From Candidatus Helarchaeota ASGARD archaeon Hel_GB_B (GTDB taxonomy: Archaea > Asgardarchaeota > Lokiarchaeia > Helarchaeales > HEL-GB-B), in NCBI GenBank assembly GCA_005191425.1, contig SUPR01000005.1, positions 344 to 64,343 on the forward strand: 64,000 bases of DNA, read 5' to 3'. Positions 38,899-47,972 of this stretch are shown here, one piece after another (the stretch's first letter is position 1; the number at the start of each line of letters is the position of its first letter). Under the pieces are notes generated by a model, which saw only the letters and a list, made by a program, of their open reading frames with translations, had not been told where the DNA came from and did no database searches. Made by a program: the position numbers and the translations under genes.

Positions 38899-39816
38899 CT
38901 AATGCTTTGGAAATAATAAATCAACAAAATATTCAGCATTAAATGGGATTAAATCATTATATGACTGACCTGTCCCTAAAAATATTATTGGTTTTTTAGT
39001 TGAATATATAACTGATACCGATGCTCCTCCTTTTATATCAGCATCTGCCATAGTTAATATGGAACAATCAATACCTACTTTTTCATTAAAAATTTTTGCT
39101 TGCTGATATGCTGTATTGCCTGATAATAGGCTACCTACAAAAATTTTCAATGTCGGTTCTGATACTCTTATTATTTTCTCCAGTTCACGGATCAAATTTT
39201 GGTTTGTTTCCATCCTACCAGCTGTATCTATTAAGACAACATTAACATTTTTAGCTTCAGCATGGTCTATAGCATCAAATGCTACACTAGCGGCATCTGT
39301 TTTATAGTCATGTTTTATTAATTTTATACCAAGATTGTTTGCATGTTTTTGAAGTTGCTCAATTGCGCCAGCTCTAAAAGTATCACATGCTGCAAAAACT
39401 GATGAATAATTATTTTTTTGTAAGTAATATGCAATTTTAGCTATAGTAGTAGTTTTACCTTGCCCATTGATACCTAAAAATAAAAGGACTGCTGGTATTC
39501 CTTCCCTCTTTTTTTCCTCACATAATTTTAATAAATCAATATTCACATTTTCAGCGGAATTTAAAATGTTTATGATGGACTGTCTTAAAATTTTTTGTGC
39601 ATATGTTTTCTTTCTGGAAAATCTACTAACTTTTTCTCCCCCATAGTTCTCTTTTATATATTCACAAATTTCTTCTACAGCTTCAATAGCAATATCTAGT
39701 CCTACAAGTTCCATTTGAAATTTAGATAATTGCTTTTGTAAATTCTCATCTGTAATTGTTTTTGTAGAAATTTTATTCGCAAAATCTTTAAAAGAATTTT
39801 TCAATTTTTCAAACAT
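38899..39816 (-). CDS. ftsY: Signal recognition particle receptor FtsY
   Basis: 305 aa. SRP-GTPase motifs GINGQGKTTTIAK (G1), DTAGR (G3) and TMADADIKGG (G4-like). N-terminal short helical domain. Confidence 0.9.
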   Translation of the reverse strand: MFEKLKNSFKDFANKISTKTITDENLQKQLSKFQMELVGLDIAIEAVEEICEYIKENYGGEKVSRFSRKKTYAQKILRQSIINILNSAENVNIDLLKLCEEKKREGIPAVLLFLGINGQGKTTTIAKIAYYLQKNNYSSVFAACDTFRAGAIEQLQKHANNLGIKLIKHDYKTDAASVAFDAIDHAEAKNVNVVLIDTAGRMETNQNLIRELEKIIRVSEPTLKIFVGSLLSGNTAYQQAKIFNEKVGIDCSILTMADADIKGGASVSVIYSTKKPIIFLGTGQSYNDLIPFNAEYFVDLLFPKH

Positions 39817-39894
39817 ATTTTATAATCCCTCAAATTTAAAAACTAAAAGAAACAAAAATAGAAATCCAGAAATTAACAAAAAATCATAATATTG

Positions 39895-40365
39895 TTAACC
39901 TGAAGGAAATTGACCAGATGTTTGGCTTGATACTTCTCTTAATATATCTTCCTTCTTTTGCTGTAAATCTTGAATTTCACTTAATAGCCTTTGGTAATCT
40001 GCTTCAATCTGTTGTCTCGTATTATTTAACATTTCTATATTTTTGTCAATAAATTCAACTGTTTCCTCAGGTGTTTTTATAATTGAAATATCTGCACCAA
40101 CATTTACAATAAAACTACTGGGATCTTGAATTTTTGCTTTAAAATACATTATATTACCAATGGGAATTAATATTTCATCATTTTCCTTGAGTTCCTTCAT
40201 GCTTTCCACAGTATTTTTTGCAATCTCATAAGTTTCAATATTTGAATAAACTAACCCTAATTGATTTTGAATTATCGGTACCTGTTCTTCTAATTGTTTA
40301 AGTGCTACTATAACTCTTGTATATGCATCTTGTATATTTTCTGGATTACTTGGATTTTTATTCAA
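39895..40365 (-). CDS. pfdA: Prefoldin alpha subunit
   Basis: 156 aa. Coiled-coil N- and C-terminal helices flank a central beta-hairpin region. Sits between ftsY and the LX ribosomal protein, the conserved archaeal neighbourhood. Confidence 0.7.
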   Translation of the reverse strand: MNKNPSNPENIQDAYTRVIVALKQLEEQVPIIQNQLGLVYSNIETYEIAKNTVESMKELKENDEILIPIGNIMYFKAKIQDPSSFIVNVGADISIIKTPEETVEFIDKNIEMLNNTRQQIEADYQRLLSEIQDLQQKKEDILREVSSQTSGQFPSG

Positions 40366-40606
40366 TCATATTCACTTCCTCAATTTTGATATTATATCTT
40401 TTTACTTTATGACGAGATCCAATCCTCGAATAAAGTTTATGAATTGCATAATTCTCTGATTGCGCTATTATTATCTGTTTAAAAGGATATTCCTTTCTCT
40501 CTTTTTTGTAAATTCCTATTATCTGAAATTTTTTAATGTCTTCTGGCATAGAATCACATCTATTTTTCCATATTATCTTGAAATTATAATAATTATTATC
40601 AATCAA
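40358..40606 (-). CDS. rplX: Ribosomal protein LX (L18Ae/L20A family)
   Basis: C-terminal AQSENYAIHKLYSRIGSRHKVKRYNIKIEEV matches the LX signature (AxSExxAIEKVYSxxGSKHKVKR). The true start is probably the internal Met at 40549, giving 64 aa. The 3' end overlaps the pfdA start by 8 nt. Confidence 0.75.
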   Translation of the reverse strand: MIDNNYYNFKIIWKNRCDSMPEDIKKFQIIGIYKKERKEYPFKQIIIAQSENYAIHKLYSRIGSRHKVKRYNIKIEEVNMIE

Positions 40607-41149
40607 ATGCTTTATTAATTGCTTTGTTTAATAAAAATATCCTAATAAAAATATTATGTATTAATTTTTTATTTTAAAATTGGACTAACAATAAAAAATA
40701 AAGAATTAAAATTTTAGATACTAATAAGAATAAATAAATTATAAACTTTTTTACATTTAACAATCAAATAGAATGACATTCAAATTATCTCTATATTATT
40801 TAAAAAGTATAAATGTCTAATAATTAATAATGATTGTTCATTAATTTTTTTACTGATAATTTCTAATAAACACAAATTTTTAATCTCAAATTTGGAATTT
40901 CATGAAATTATTGCGCATTATTTTTAACTAAAAAAATGAGTTTGATTTTTATTTTAATTAATCAAGTAGTTTGTAGGTGGTTTTATAGGGACTTGAAATG
41001 TTATATTATTGTATTTAAAATTCTCATTTTGTTTTTTAGATAGATAAATAATTCGCGGTTTTAAAAAGCATTAATATTCTTAATTTACCTAAAATCTAAT
41101 AAGTATATATAACGTTATTAAATAATACTAAAAGTTAAGAGGTTTAAAT

Positions 41150-41329
41150 ATGATTGATAAATTTATTAGCGAACATTACATTAATAAGGAAATAGAAATC
41201 TATTTAGGAAAGAATGAAATATTAAGTGGCACAGTTGTCAGTTGTATTGACCAAGTATTAACGTTATTAAAAGATGGAAAATATACGTTCGTGAGTATAC
41301 ATCACATTAAATGTCTATGGGAAAAATGA
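41150..41329 (+). CDS. Small ORF (59 aa) with Sm-like hydrophobic pattern
   Basis: Not in the ORF track because it is under 60 aa. AAGAGG Shine-Dalgarno 8 nt upstream of the ATG. IEIYLGKNEILSGTVVSCIDQVLTLLKDGKYTFVSIHHI resembles an Sm1-type beta-strand pattern. Confidence 0.3.
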   Translation: MIDKFISEHYINKEIEIYLGKNEILSGTVVSCIDQVLTLLKDGKYTFVSIHHIKCLWEK

Positions 41330-41452
41330 AACTTCTTTTTTTCTTTTATTTTTTTCAGTCTATTTTTAATACATAATAATTAAATAAAACTTACTACATC
41401 CTTAACCTTAATTAAAAAAATCATAGGTCAGAAAATTCTAATATTCAATTTA

Positions 41453-42784
41453 TTGAATAATAAATCAGTGATTCAAATGTTAAAAATAAAAGTACCTATA
41501 AATGAAACGAAATTTGAAAAATCATTTAATACTTTTAATAATACTTGGGCATATTTAATTGAACAAATCGAAGCAAATTTGAATTATATATTTGAGAATG
41601 AGACTGAAGTTTTAACGAAATTCATTCAATTTATTATATCATATTGTCATCCAGAATATAGTGGTAAGAGTAAAATTGTATTTGCATCTGTTGGACGGAG
41701 CTTATTTATGGGAGCAAAGACAGCTGCGATGCGCTTATCGCAACTAGGATTTAATGTGGATTTCCCATATTCTAGCAAAGAAATTGCTGGCCCTGGAGGA
41801 CCAGGTAGCAAAATAGAAGAAGGAGATGTAGTTATTGCCATAAGTACTTCTGGGAGTACCCCTTATGTAGTAAATAAAGTTAATTATGCAAAAAATGCTG
41901 GTTGTTCGGTTGTAGCCGCGACAGCTAATGAAAGATCGTTATTGACTCAAGGAAATGTAGAGTTTATCTTAAAAATTCCTGGTGAACATAATAAGAAGAA
42001 AATTCTGTCTAATTATGATGAAGGTAGTGTATTTGCACCCATGGGTACAAGTTCAGAGTGTACCCAAATGGTATTCTGGGAAATTATTGGGACTGGACTA
42101 AATTTTTTAATTCAAAAAATAAAAAGTGGTAAAGAACTTCAGTTAAAAGATTTTCAAGATGCATTAACTAAAATAAGAGATACTTATAAAACTCTCTTAT
42201 TTACCGCGAAACAACATTTGAAAAATTGTTCCGTAAATTACAATGATGAGATAAAAATGTTTATTGCAAATATGATACTTTTTTATTATTCGAATCACAC
42301 GGTTCATTTATTTGGAAGAGGAAAAATATTTAATGTTGTAATTACGCCATTTGAAATGCGCCTTAGACAGATGCCTCATGGTTATGTGACTTCAATCTTG
42401 AAATATGCACCTAAAAACAGACCTATCAGACCAGGTCAAATTGCTATTTTAGTTTCAGGTTCAGGTGGAATAGCTACAACTGCCAAAAAAGTAAAAGAAT
42501 TGAGTGAAAATGGCTGTATGATCATGGCAGTTTCATCAGCGCCCTTAGAACATGAATTTTGGGCTAATATAGACAACAAAATTAGACTTGAAGGTCGACA
42601 AAATTTTCGTGAAGGAAGCTGGGAAAAACAGCAATGGGAGGGATTACACGCCGATTTTGCTCCTGAAGGATTTCAATTTGAATTTAATAGTTGCGTACTT
42701 TTTGAGTCAATTTATGGTGCAATATGTAATTACATTGGAATTAGCGAGAATGATTTAAAAAAAGGGCATGCAAATTACGAATAA
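41453..42784 (+). CDS. Double SIS-domain sugar-phosphate isomerase/amidotransferase-like protein
   Basis: 443 aa. First SIS core: IVFASVGRSLFMGAKTAAMRL...VVIAISTSGSTPYVVNKVNYAKNAGCSVVAAT. A second SIS-like repeat lies near the C-terminus (IAILVSGSGG...). Confidence 0.65.
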   Translation: MNNKSVIQMLKIKVPINETKFEKSFNTFNNTWAYLIEQIEANLNYIFENETEVLTKFIQFIISYCHPEYSGKSKIVFASVGRSLFMGAKTAAMRLSQLGFNVDFPYSSKEIAGPGGPGSKIEEGDVVIAISTSGSTPYVVNKVNYAKNAGCSVVAATANERSLLTQGNVEFILKIPGEHNKKKILSNYDEGSVFAPMGTSSECTQMVFWEIIGTGLNFLIQKIKSGKELQLKDFQDALTKIRDTYKTLLFTAKQHLKNCSVNYNDEIKMFIANMILFYYSNHTVHLFGRGKIFNVVITPFEMRLRQMPHGYVTSILKYAPKNRPIRPGQIAILVSGSGGIATTAKKVKELSENGCMIMAVSSAPLEHEFWANIDNKIRLEGRQNFREGSWEKQQWEGLHADFAPEGFQFEFNSCVLFESIYGAICNYIGISENDLKKGHANYE

Positions 42785-42799
42785 TTTTTTGTATTAATA

Positions 42800-42955
42800 T
42801 TATTCTTTATCTAACCATTTTGGCTTTTTCCAATTCTTATTATACATACCCATAGGATCCCATTGAGCCCATCCACAATATGGACAAAAGTCCGGATCAT
42901 TTCTTGTTTTCAATTTCTGTTCGTATTCTTTTCCACATTTTTTACATTTAATCAT
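42800..42955 (-). CDS. Small Zn-ribbon protein (51 aa)
   Basis: Translation MIKCKKCGKEYEQKLKTRNDPDFCPYCGWAQWDPMGMYNKNWKKPKWLDKE. C-x2-C...C-x2-C. Below the ORF-track length cutoff. Confidence 0.4.
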   Translation of the reverse strand: MIKCKKCGKEYEQKLKTRNDPDFCPYCGWAQWDPMGMYNKNWKKPKWLDKE

Positions 42956-43029
42956 AAAACTCAACTTAGTCCTTAATTTAGATCTTCTTATGAAAAATAA
43001 AAAAATTACAGTTTTTAAAAGTTAGCTGT

Positions 43030-43503
43030 CTATTCTGTATATTCATCAAATAACCAATAATGTTCCTCTTCTTCCATATAAATATCTTCAAATAACTTTT
43101 TAGTAGTAATATCTCCTCTTTTTTCAGCATATTTAATTATTGTTCTATAATATTCCATAGCCCCTCGTTCTGCTTCTAAATTATTTTTAAGAAAATCATC
43201 ATAATTATCTCCGATTTTTGGAGGTGCTGATTTTGTTGTAGGTCGTCCACCAAGTACAGCTATTCTCTCCGCAATTTTCTCAGCGTGGTCCATTTCTTGA
43301 ATTGCTATTTCTTTTAACTTTGCGGATAATACTTCATATTTATTTTTACCCGTAATAATTTGAAGTGGGCTTGCTTTTTTCCTCATTTTTAGCATTTCTG
43401 ACTTTGAATGTTGCGCCATGTATTGAATAATTGCTTGAATCTCCATATTAAGGGCATTATTTAAATTCTCAAAATATTCATCATCTACTTTAATTGGTTT
43501 CAT
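43030..43503 (-). CDS. Bacterioferritin-like ferritin-fold di-iron protein
   Basis: 157 aa. AIQEMDHAEKIAERIAVLGGRP matches the bacterioferritin EMKHADxLIERILFLEG region. Upstream glutamate-containing helices. Confidence 0.65.
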   Translation of the reverse strand: MKPIKVDDEYFENLNNALNMEIQAIIQYMAQHSKSEMLKMRKKASPLQIITGKNKYEVLSAKLKEIAIQEMDHAEKIAERIAVLGGRPTTKSAPPKIGDNYDDFLKNNLEAERGAMEYYRTIIKYAEKRGDITTKKLFEDIYMEEEEHYWLFDEYTE

Positions 43504-43520
43504 AAATATCCACCCATATT

Positions 43521-43904
43521 TTATTTTAAGTACTCCTTAAATTTTATTAAATGGTCTTCTTCTTCTTTAAAAATCTCCATAAAAAGTCTTCTTGTTGAAT
43601 AATCACCTTCTTCAGCAGTTGCTTTTAGCATTTTACGATATAATTCCAAGGCTTCTTTCTCTGCTTTAATGCCTAATTTTAGAAAGTCTTCTATACTATT
43701 TCCCACATTAATTGGATCGTTTTTTGTTGTAGCTTCACTTCCAAGCAAATAAATCCGTTCCATAATACTTTCAGCATGTTTCATTTCTACAATTGCAATT
43801 TTCTCAAACATTTTTGCTAAAATATCAAAAGTAGTATCTTCCATTAAAATATTTTCTGGAATAATACATTTTTTCATTGCTTCTATCTTAGAATGCTGGA
43901 TCAT
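43521..43904 (-). CDS. Bacterioferritin-like ferritin-fold di-iron protein, tandem paralog
   Basis: 127 aa. AIVEMKHAESIMERIYLLGSEAT and EAEKEALELY parallel the downstream paralog. Confidence 0.65.
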   Translation of the reverse strand: MIQHSKIEAMKKCIIPENILMEDTTFDILAKMFEKIAIVEMKHAESIMERIYLLGSEATTKNDPINVGNSIEDFLKLGIKAEKEALELYRKMLKATAEEGDYSTRRLFMEIFKEEEDHLIKFKEYLK

Positions 43905-44516
43905 ATATTGAATAGATACCTATAGTTCTCTTGACACTGCTTTATTTAAAAGCTCAATATAAGAATTCGATACTTTTAATTCCATTTTATCAGATCGTTT
44001 TAATTTTTAATCTTTTTTTTATCCTTTTTTACTTAAATATTCTATTTTCTTTAAATAAATATCCTAAGAATTTGCTACTATTTACTAGTATTATTTGGGC
44101 AATTTCTTTATTATATTTTTTCTTTTTCTATAATTCATTGTTTATACATTAAGTTAATAACAGAAACTATGTGTTTATATATTTTAGGAAATAGTATATC
44201 CCTAAACATCTCATATTTTTTCTTCTTATATAAAATGTGCAAAAAAATAGACCGAAAAAATGATTTTTAATAAAAAAATGGCATATGTTAGTTTTTTCCT
44301 CTTAAATTAACTTTTTCATTATTCAAGTTAGAAATTCCTATAAATTTATATAAAAAAATTTTTACATAAAAAGCCAAATCAATGAACTTTTTAGCAAATC
44401 TACAAAGAATATATAAAATAACATGAAAATAATATGTTACATCAACTGATATACTAATTTTTATAAAAATAATAATAAATAAATAAAATAAAAAATCAAA
44501 AAAGGATATATATTAA

Positions 44517-44934
44517 ATGTCTGATAGTGAAGGTAAAGGCGGAAGTTGGCTTTACAGGATTATTTTAATTTTATCTGGTGGATTAATTTTAATTACTGGA
44601 ATATTGAATTTTATTGGATTTAACCCATTAACTCCTTATCTTCCAGCAGAATATCAATACTTAGCGAATGTAACTGGATATACAAATATTACTATTGGCT
44701 TTTGAGGTCTAATTGCTGGTGTTGGCTTAATAAAAGACCAAGAATGGGGTTGGGGCATTTCGCTTGTAGTTCTTTCAATAGTTATTGTTTCATTTACAAC
44801 TGAAGTTATAATAAGTTCTTTTAATTTTGCTGTGGTAATGTATGATCCTAATTACTGGATAAAATTAGTTGCTTTAATTATAGCAACCATTGGTATTGTG
44901 TATTTACTAGCTACAAAGAAGAGATATAAATAAA
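44517..44934 (+). CDS. Four-TM membrane protein interrupted by one in-frame TGA at 44703-44705
   Basis: The ORF-track piece 44517..44705 continues in the same frame for 76 more sense codons (GLIAGVGLIKDQEWGWGISLVVLSIVIVSF...ATKKRYK*) with TM-like composition. Seventy-six stop-free codons are unlikely by chance in DNA this AT-rich. Confidence 0.45.
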
Positions 44935-45287
44935 TTTTTATCACTCATATCTTCTCTTCTATATTTTTTTTATAATTTTACTAATTTAGATATAGACATC
45001 ACAAATTTTAAGAGATTGAATTTTTTATATGACACTTTTTAATTTGGATCAAATATCTACGAGCATTTAATTAGAAAATTTTTATCTTGAAAATCCCATA
45101 TGGTCAATTGCAGGGATTTTTAGAAAAATTTAATGGAAATAAATGATATTTTAATTTATGAAATAATGTTATGTTAATAGTAAGATATAGAATAAAGATA
45201 TTAAAATGACATATAATATGGATTCTTATTATGCATTAAATTCAAAATCATTTTCATTATTTATAATAGTTTCATTAATTCAAGAGT

Positions 45288-46136
45288 TTATTCAAGAAAA
45301 AATGGGTTTAAATATTGTAAAATATTTTCAGTTAAAGGTCCTAATAAAGCATCTTGATCAGAAACTATATAATAAAAATATGGGATTTTTAAGTCATTGC
45401 GAGGAATATCTTGTTTAATAGGGACTTGCATAGCTGAATTTATCACAGAAACTAAGACTGGGTCTTTATTAGGTATCCAAATTGGTTTATACTGACATTC
45501 CCATTCCTTTATTTTCGTTATTAAACCCATATTATTTAGATATTGTTCTAAATCTTCTTTTTCAATTAAATGCGTGTATAGTATTGTATTATCAAAAGAA
45601 CATATCGCGAGACCGAAAATTTTTTCATGAGAAAATTTCTTAATAATCAATTTATTAATTATTTTTTCAATTTTTTTTCTTTTTTTATTTATATATTCTT
45701 TTGCTACTTTATCAAATAATACGTTTTCAATAAAAGTTTCCTCTTCCAGACTAAACTCGATTTTTGCACCAGCTTCTATTTTATTTAGATATTTTTTTAT
45801 GATAAAATTATAAATCCAATCGAGTTTAAGTTCAAAATAGTTTTTAAAAATATATGGTTCAAGAAATACTATAAATACAATGTCTTCTCTTAATGAAATC
45901 AATGCATCAATTCCATATTGATTAATGTTCTCATCTGGGTTCTCTTTCTCGGGATAAAATCTAATAAATCCAATTTTATTTTGAAGACTTTTAGCAAAGG
46001 ACAATATTGCAGTCATAAATCCGGCTTGTAGTGTCTGATCTTCAGATTCAAACCCTTTTAACTTCTTTTCAGACCAATTTTTATTATAAATTGGAATACC
46101 TGCTTTTGTCTGAATTCTTAAACCAAGAGTACCCAT
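45288..46136 (-). CDS. Longin/roadblock-like domain protein, paralog of 33115 and 36362
   Basis: The N-terminal 120 aa (LGLRIQTKAGIPIYNKNW...LQAGFMTAILSFAKSL...IDALISLREDIVFIVFLE...) has the same beta-beta-alpha-beta-beta-beta pattern as the other two. The C-terminal half is unassigned. Confidence 0.4.
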   Translation of the reverse strand: MGTLGLRIQTKAGIPIYNKNWSEKKLKGFESEDQTLQAGFMTAILSFAKSLQNKIGFIRFYPEKENPDENINQYGIDALISLREDIVFIVFLEPYIFKNYFELKLDWIYNFIIKKYLNKIEAGAKIEFSLEEETFIENVLFDKVAKEYINKKRKKIEKIINKLIIKKFSHEKIFGLAICSFDNTILYTHLIEKEDLEQYLNNMGLITKIKEWECQYKPIWIPNKDPVLVSVINSAMQVPIKQDIPRNDLKIPYFYYIVSDQDALLGPLTENILQYLNPFFLE

Positions 46137-46255
46137 TATATGAATTAATATAACTCTGATTAATAATTATTTTGAAATAGAGTAAATAATTAAATTAATT
46201 AAATAAAAAAGATTTTTAATTAACTATTGACATAAATACTAAGAAGTGTGATTAA

Positions 46256-47962
46256 ATGGAGCTAGAGGAAAATATCCAAAAATTGATCGAAAAAGCTGAT
46301 TTAACTCGAAGCGAAATTATGGAACTAATCAACAAAAAAAAGAAAGAATTTGATGGACTAATGACTGATGAAGGAGCTTTACAATTAATTGCAGAGGAAC
46401 TAGATATTAGTCTTGATAAGAAATTAAAGCCACCTAGAAGGCCAATAACTTTAATACAAGATATAACCCCTCAAAAAACTCTGGTAAATTTAGTAGGAAG
46501 AGTTCAAAAGATTTATGATGTAAAAACATTTACTCGAAAAAAAACTAACACTGAAGGAAAAGTAGGTAGTTTCATTATTGAAGATAAAACAGGACAAATA
46601 AGGGTCGTTTTATGGGACAGGCAAACTGAAATTATAGAAACTCATCAAATAGAAGAAGATATGCCTATCTATATTGAAAATGGAACAGTAAAAAGTGGGC
46701 AAAATGGACTTGAAATTCATGTAGGTCGTAGAACTAAAATTGATAACCCACCTCAATCTCTTTTAGAAAATATTCCAGAAAAAATAGAGATTTATCAAAT
46801 CAAAAATCTTCAACCTGGGATGAAAGGTATAAATGTTCACGGCACAATTAATTGGATGGGTGAAATTAAAGAATTTAAAAGAAGTGACGGCTCTATTGGT
46901 CAGGTCATCCCAGTTATTATAAGAGACGAGACAGGTTCAATAAAATGTAGTGCTTGGGATATGAAAGCAGAGGACATTATGAAATATAAAGTGGGCGATT
47001 CCATTAGATTAGATAATGTTTCTGTTAAAAAGAATAATATGGGTAATTTGGAAATTAATACAAATATTGATACTATTATTAATAAGGAAATTAAATTAAT
47101 TATTTCTAAAAATAATATGGGGACTGAGTTTAAAATTGACCAACTCAATCCAAAAAGTAAAAATGTCAATATTAAATTTAAAGTTGTACAATTAAATGAT
47201 TCCCGTCAAATAATTTCTAAAAACGGCAACGAATTTAAAATTGCAGATTTTCTAATTGCAGACGAAACAGGGTGTATTAATCTTACGGCATGGAATGAGG
47301 ACATAGAAAAAATCCATGTCGGAAAAGTATATCAAATTATTAATGGTTATATAAATGAATTTAGAGGCTCTATAAGTTTAAATATAGGTAAATTTGGTGA
47401 AATTAAAGAACTGGACGAGGAAATTAATGATATCAACTTAGAAAATAATATTTCTAATGTTATATATAATTCCTTGGAAAATAGAAAATTTATTAAGGAT
47501 GTAAAAGATAAAGAATTCGTTCAAATTCGGGGTGCGATAGTAAAGGTTTTTAAAAAGAAACCGATATATGAAGCATGCCCTAATTGTATGAAAAAGGTTG
47601 TCAAAATTGAAGATAAATGGGAATGTCCAAATTGTGGGATAATTGATAATATAATCTATCGAATGATTTGGTCTTTTGTCTTGGACGATGGAACCAGTAA
47701 TATAAGAGTTACTGTCGGCGGAAAATTAGCTGAAGATTTATTAGGGTTTGATGCAATTGCCGCTCAAGAAATAATTGAGCATGAGTGGTATGACGAAGCA
47801 CCTTTAAAGATCAAAGAAAATGAATTACTGGGAAAAGAAATAATCATTATAGGTACCATTAGACGCAGTGATTTCACAGGAGACCTTGAGATATTTGCTT
47901 CTAAAGTAGAAAATGCCGATCCATTAAAAGAAGCTGATATAATTTTTAATCAAATACAATAA
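46256..47962 (+). CDS. Replication protein A / single-stranded DNA-binding protein with multiple OB folds and a C4 Zn-ribbon
   Basis: 568 aa. Several ~100-aa repeats with the OB-fold pattern (e.g. GSFIIEDKTGQIRVVLWD; GQVIPVIIRDETGSIKCSAWD; ADFLIADETGCINLTAWN). CPNCMKK...CPNCG zinc ribbon inside the last OB fold. Confidence 0.7.
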   Translation: MELEENIQKLIEKADLTRSEIMELINKKKKEFDGLMTDEGALQLIAEELDISLDKKLKPPRRPITLIQDITPQKTLVNLVGRVQKIYDVKTFTRKKTNTEGKVGSFIIEDKTGQIRVVLWDRQTEIIETHQIEEDMPIYIENGTVKSGQNGLEIHVGRRTKIDNPPQSLLENIPEKIEIYQIKNLQPGMKGINVHGTINWMGEIKEFKRSDGSIGQVIPVIIRDETGSIKCSAWDMKAEDIMKYKVGDSIRLDNVSVKKNNMGNLEINTNIDTIINKEIKLIISKNNMGTEFKIDQLNPKSKNVNIKFKVVQLNDSRQIISKNGNEFKIADFLIADETGCINLTAWNEDIEKIHVGKVYQIINGYINEFRGSISLNIGKFGEIKELDEEINDINLENNISNVIYNSLENRKFIKDVKDKEFVQIRGAIVKVFKKKPIYEACPNCMKKVVKIEDKWECPNCGIIDNIIYRMIWSFVLDDGTSNIRVTVGGKLAEDLLGFDAIAAQEIIEHEWYDEAPLKIKENELLGKEIIIIGTIRRSDFTGDLEIFASKVENADPLKEADIIFNQIQ

Positions 47963-47972
47963 TTTTTTAGTT

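Noticed and set aside
43931-44152. 73-aa ORF of L/F/I/Y repeats
   Set aside because: Its composition is what AT-rich non-coding DNA gives on translation. No Shine-Dalgarno. Sits in the promoter region of the ferritin-like genes.
44703-44705. Genome-wide TGA reassignment as the explanation for the in-frame TGA
   Set aside because: Several well-supported genes in the window terminate with TGA at the expected position (e.g. the permease at 27069-27071 and the small ORF ending at 41329). No other gene shows internal TGAs.
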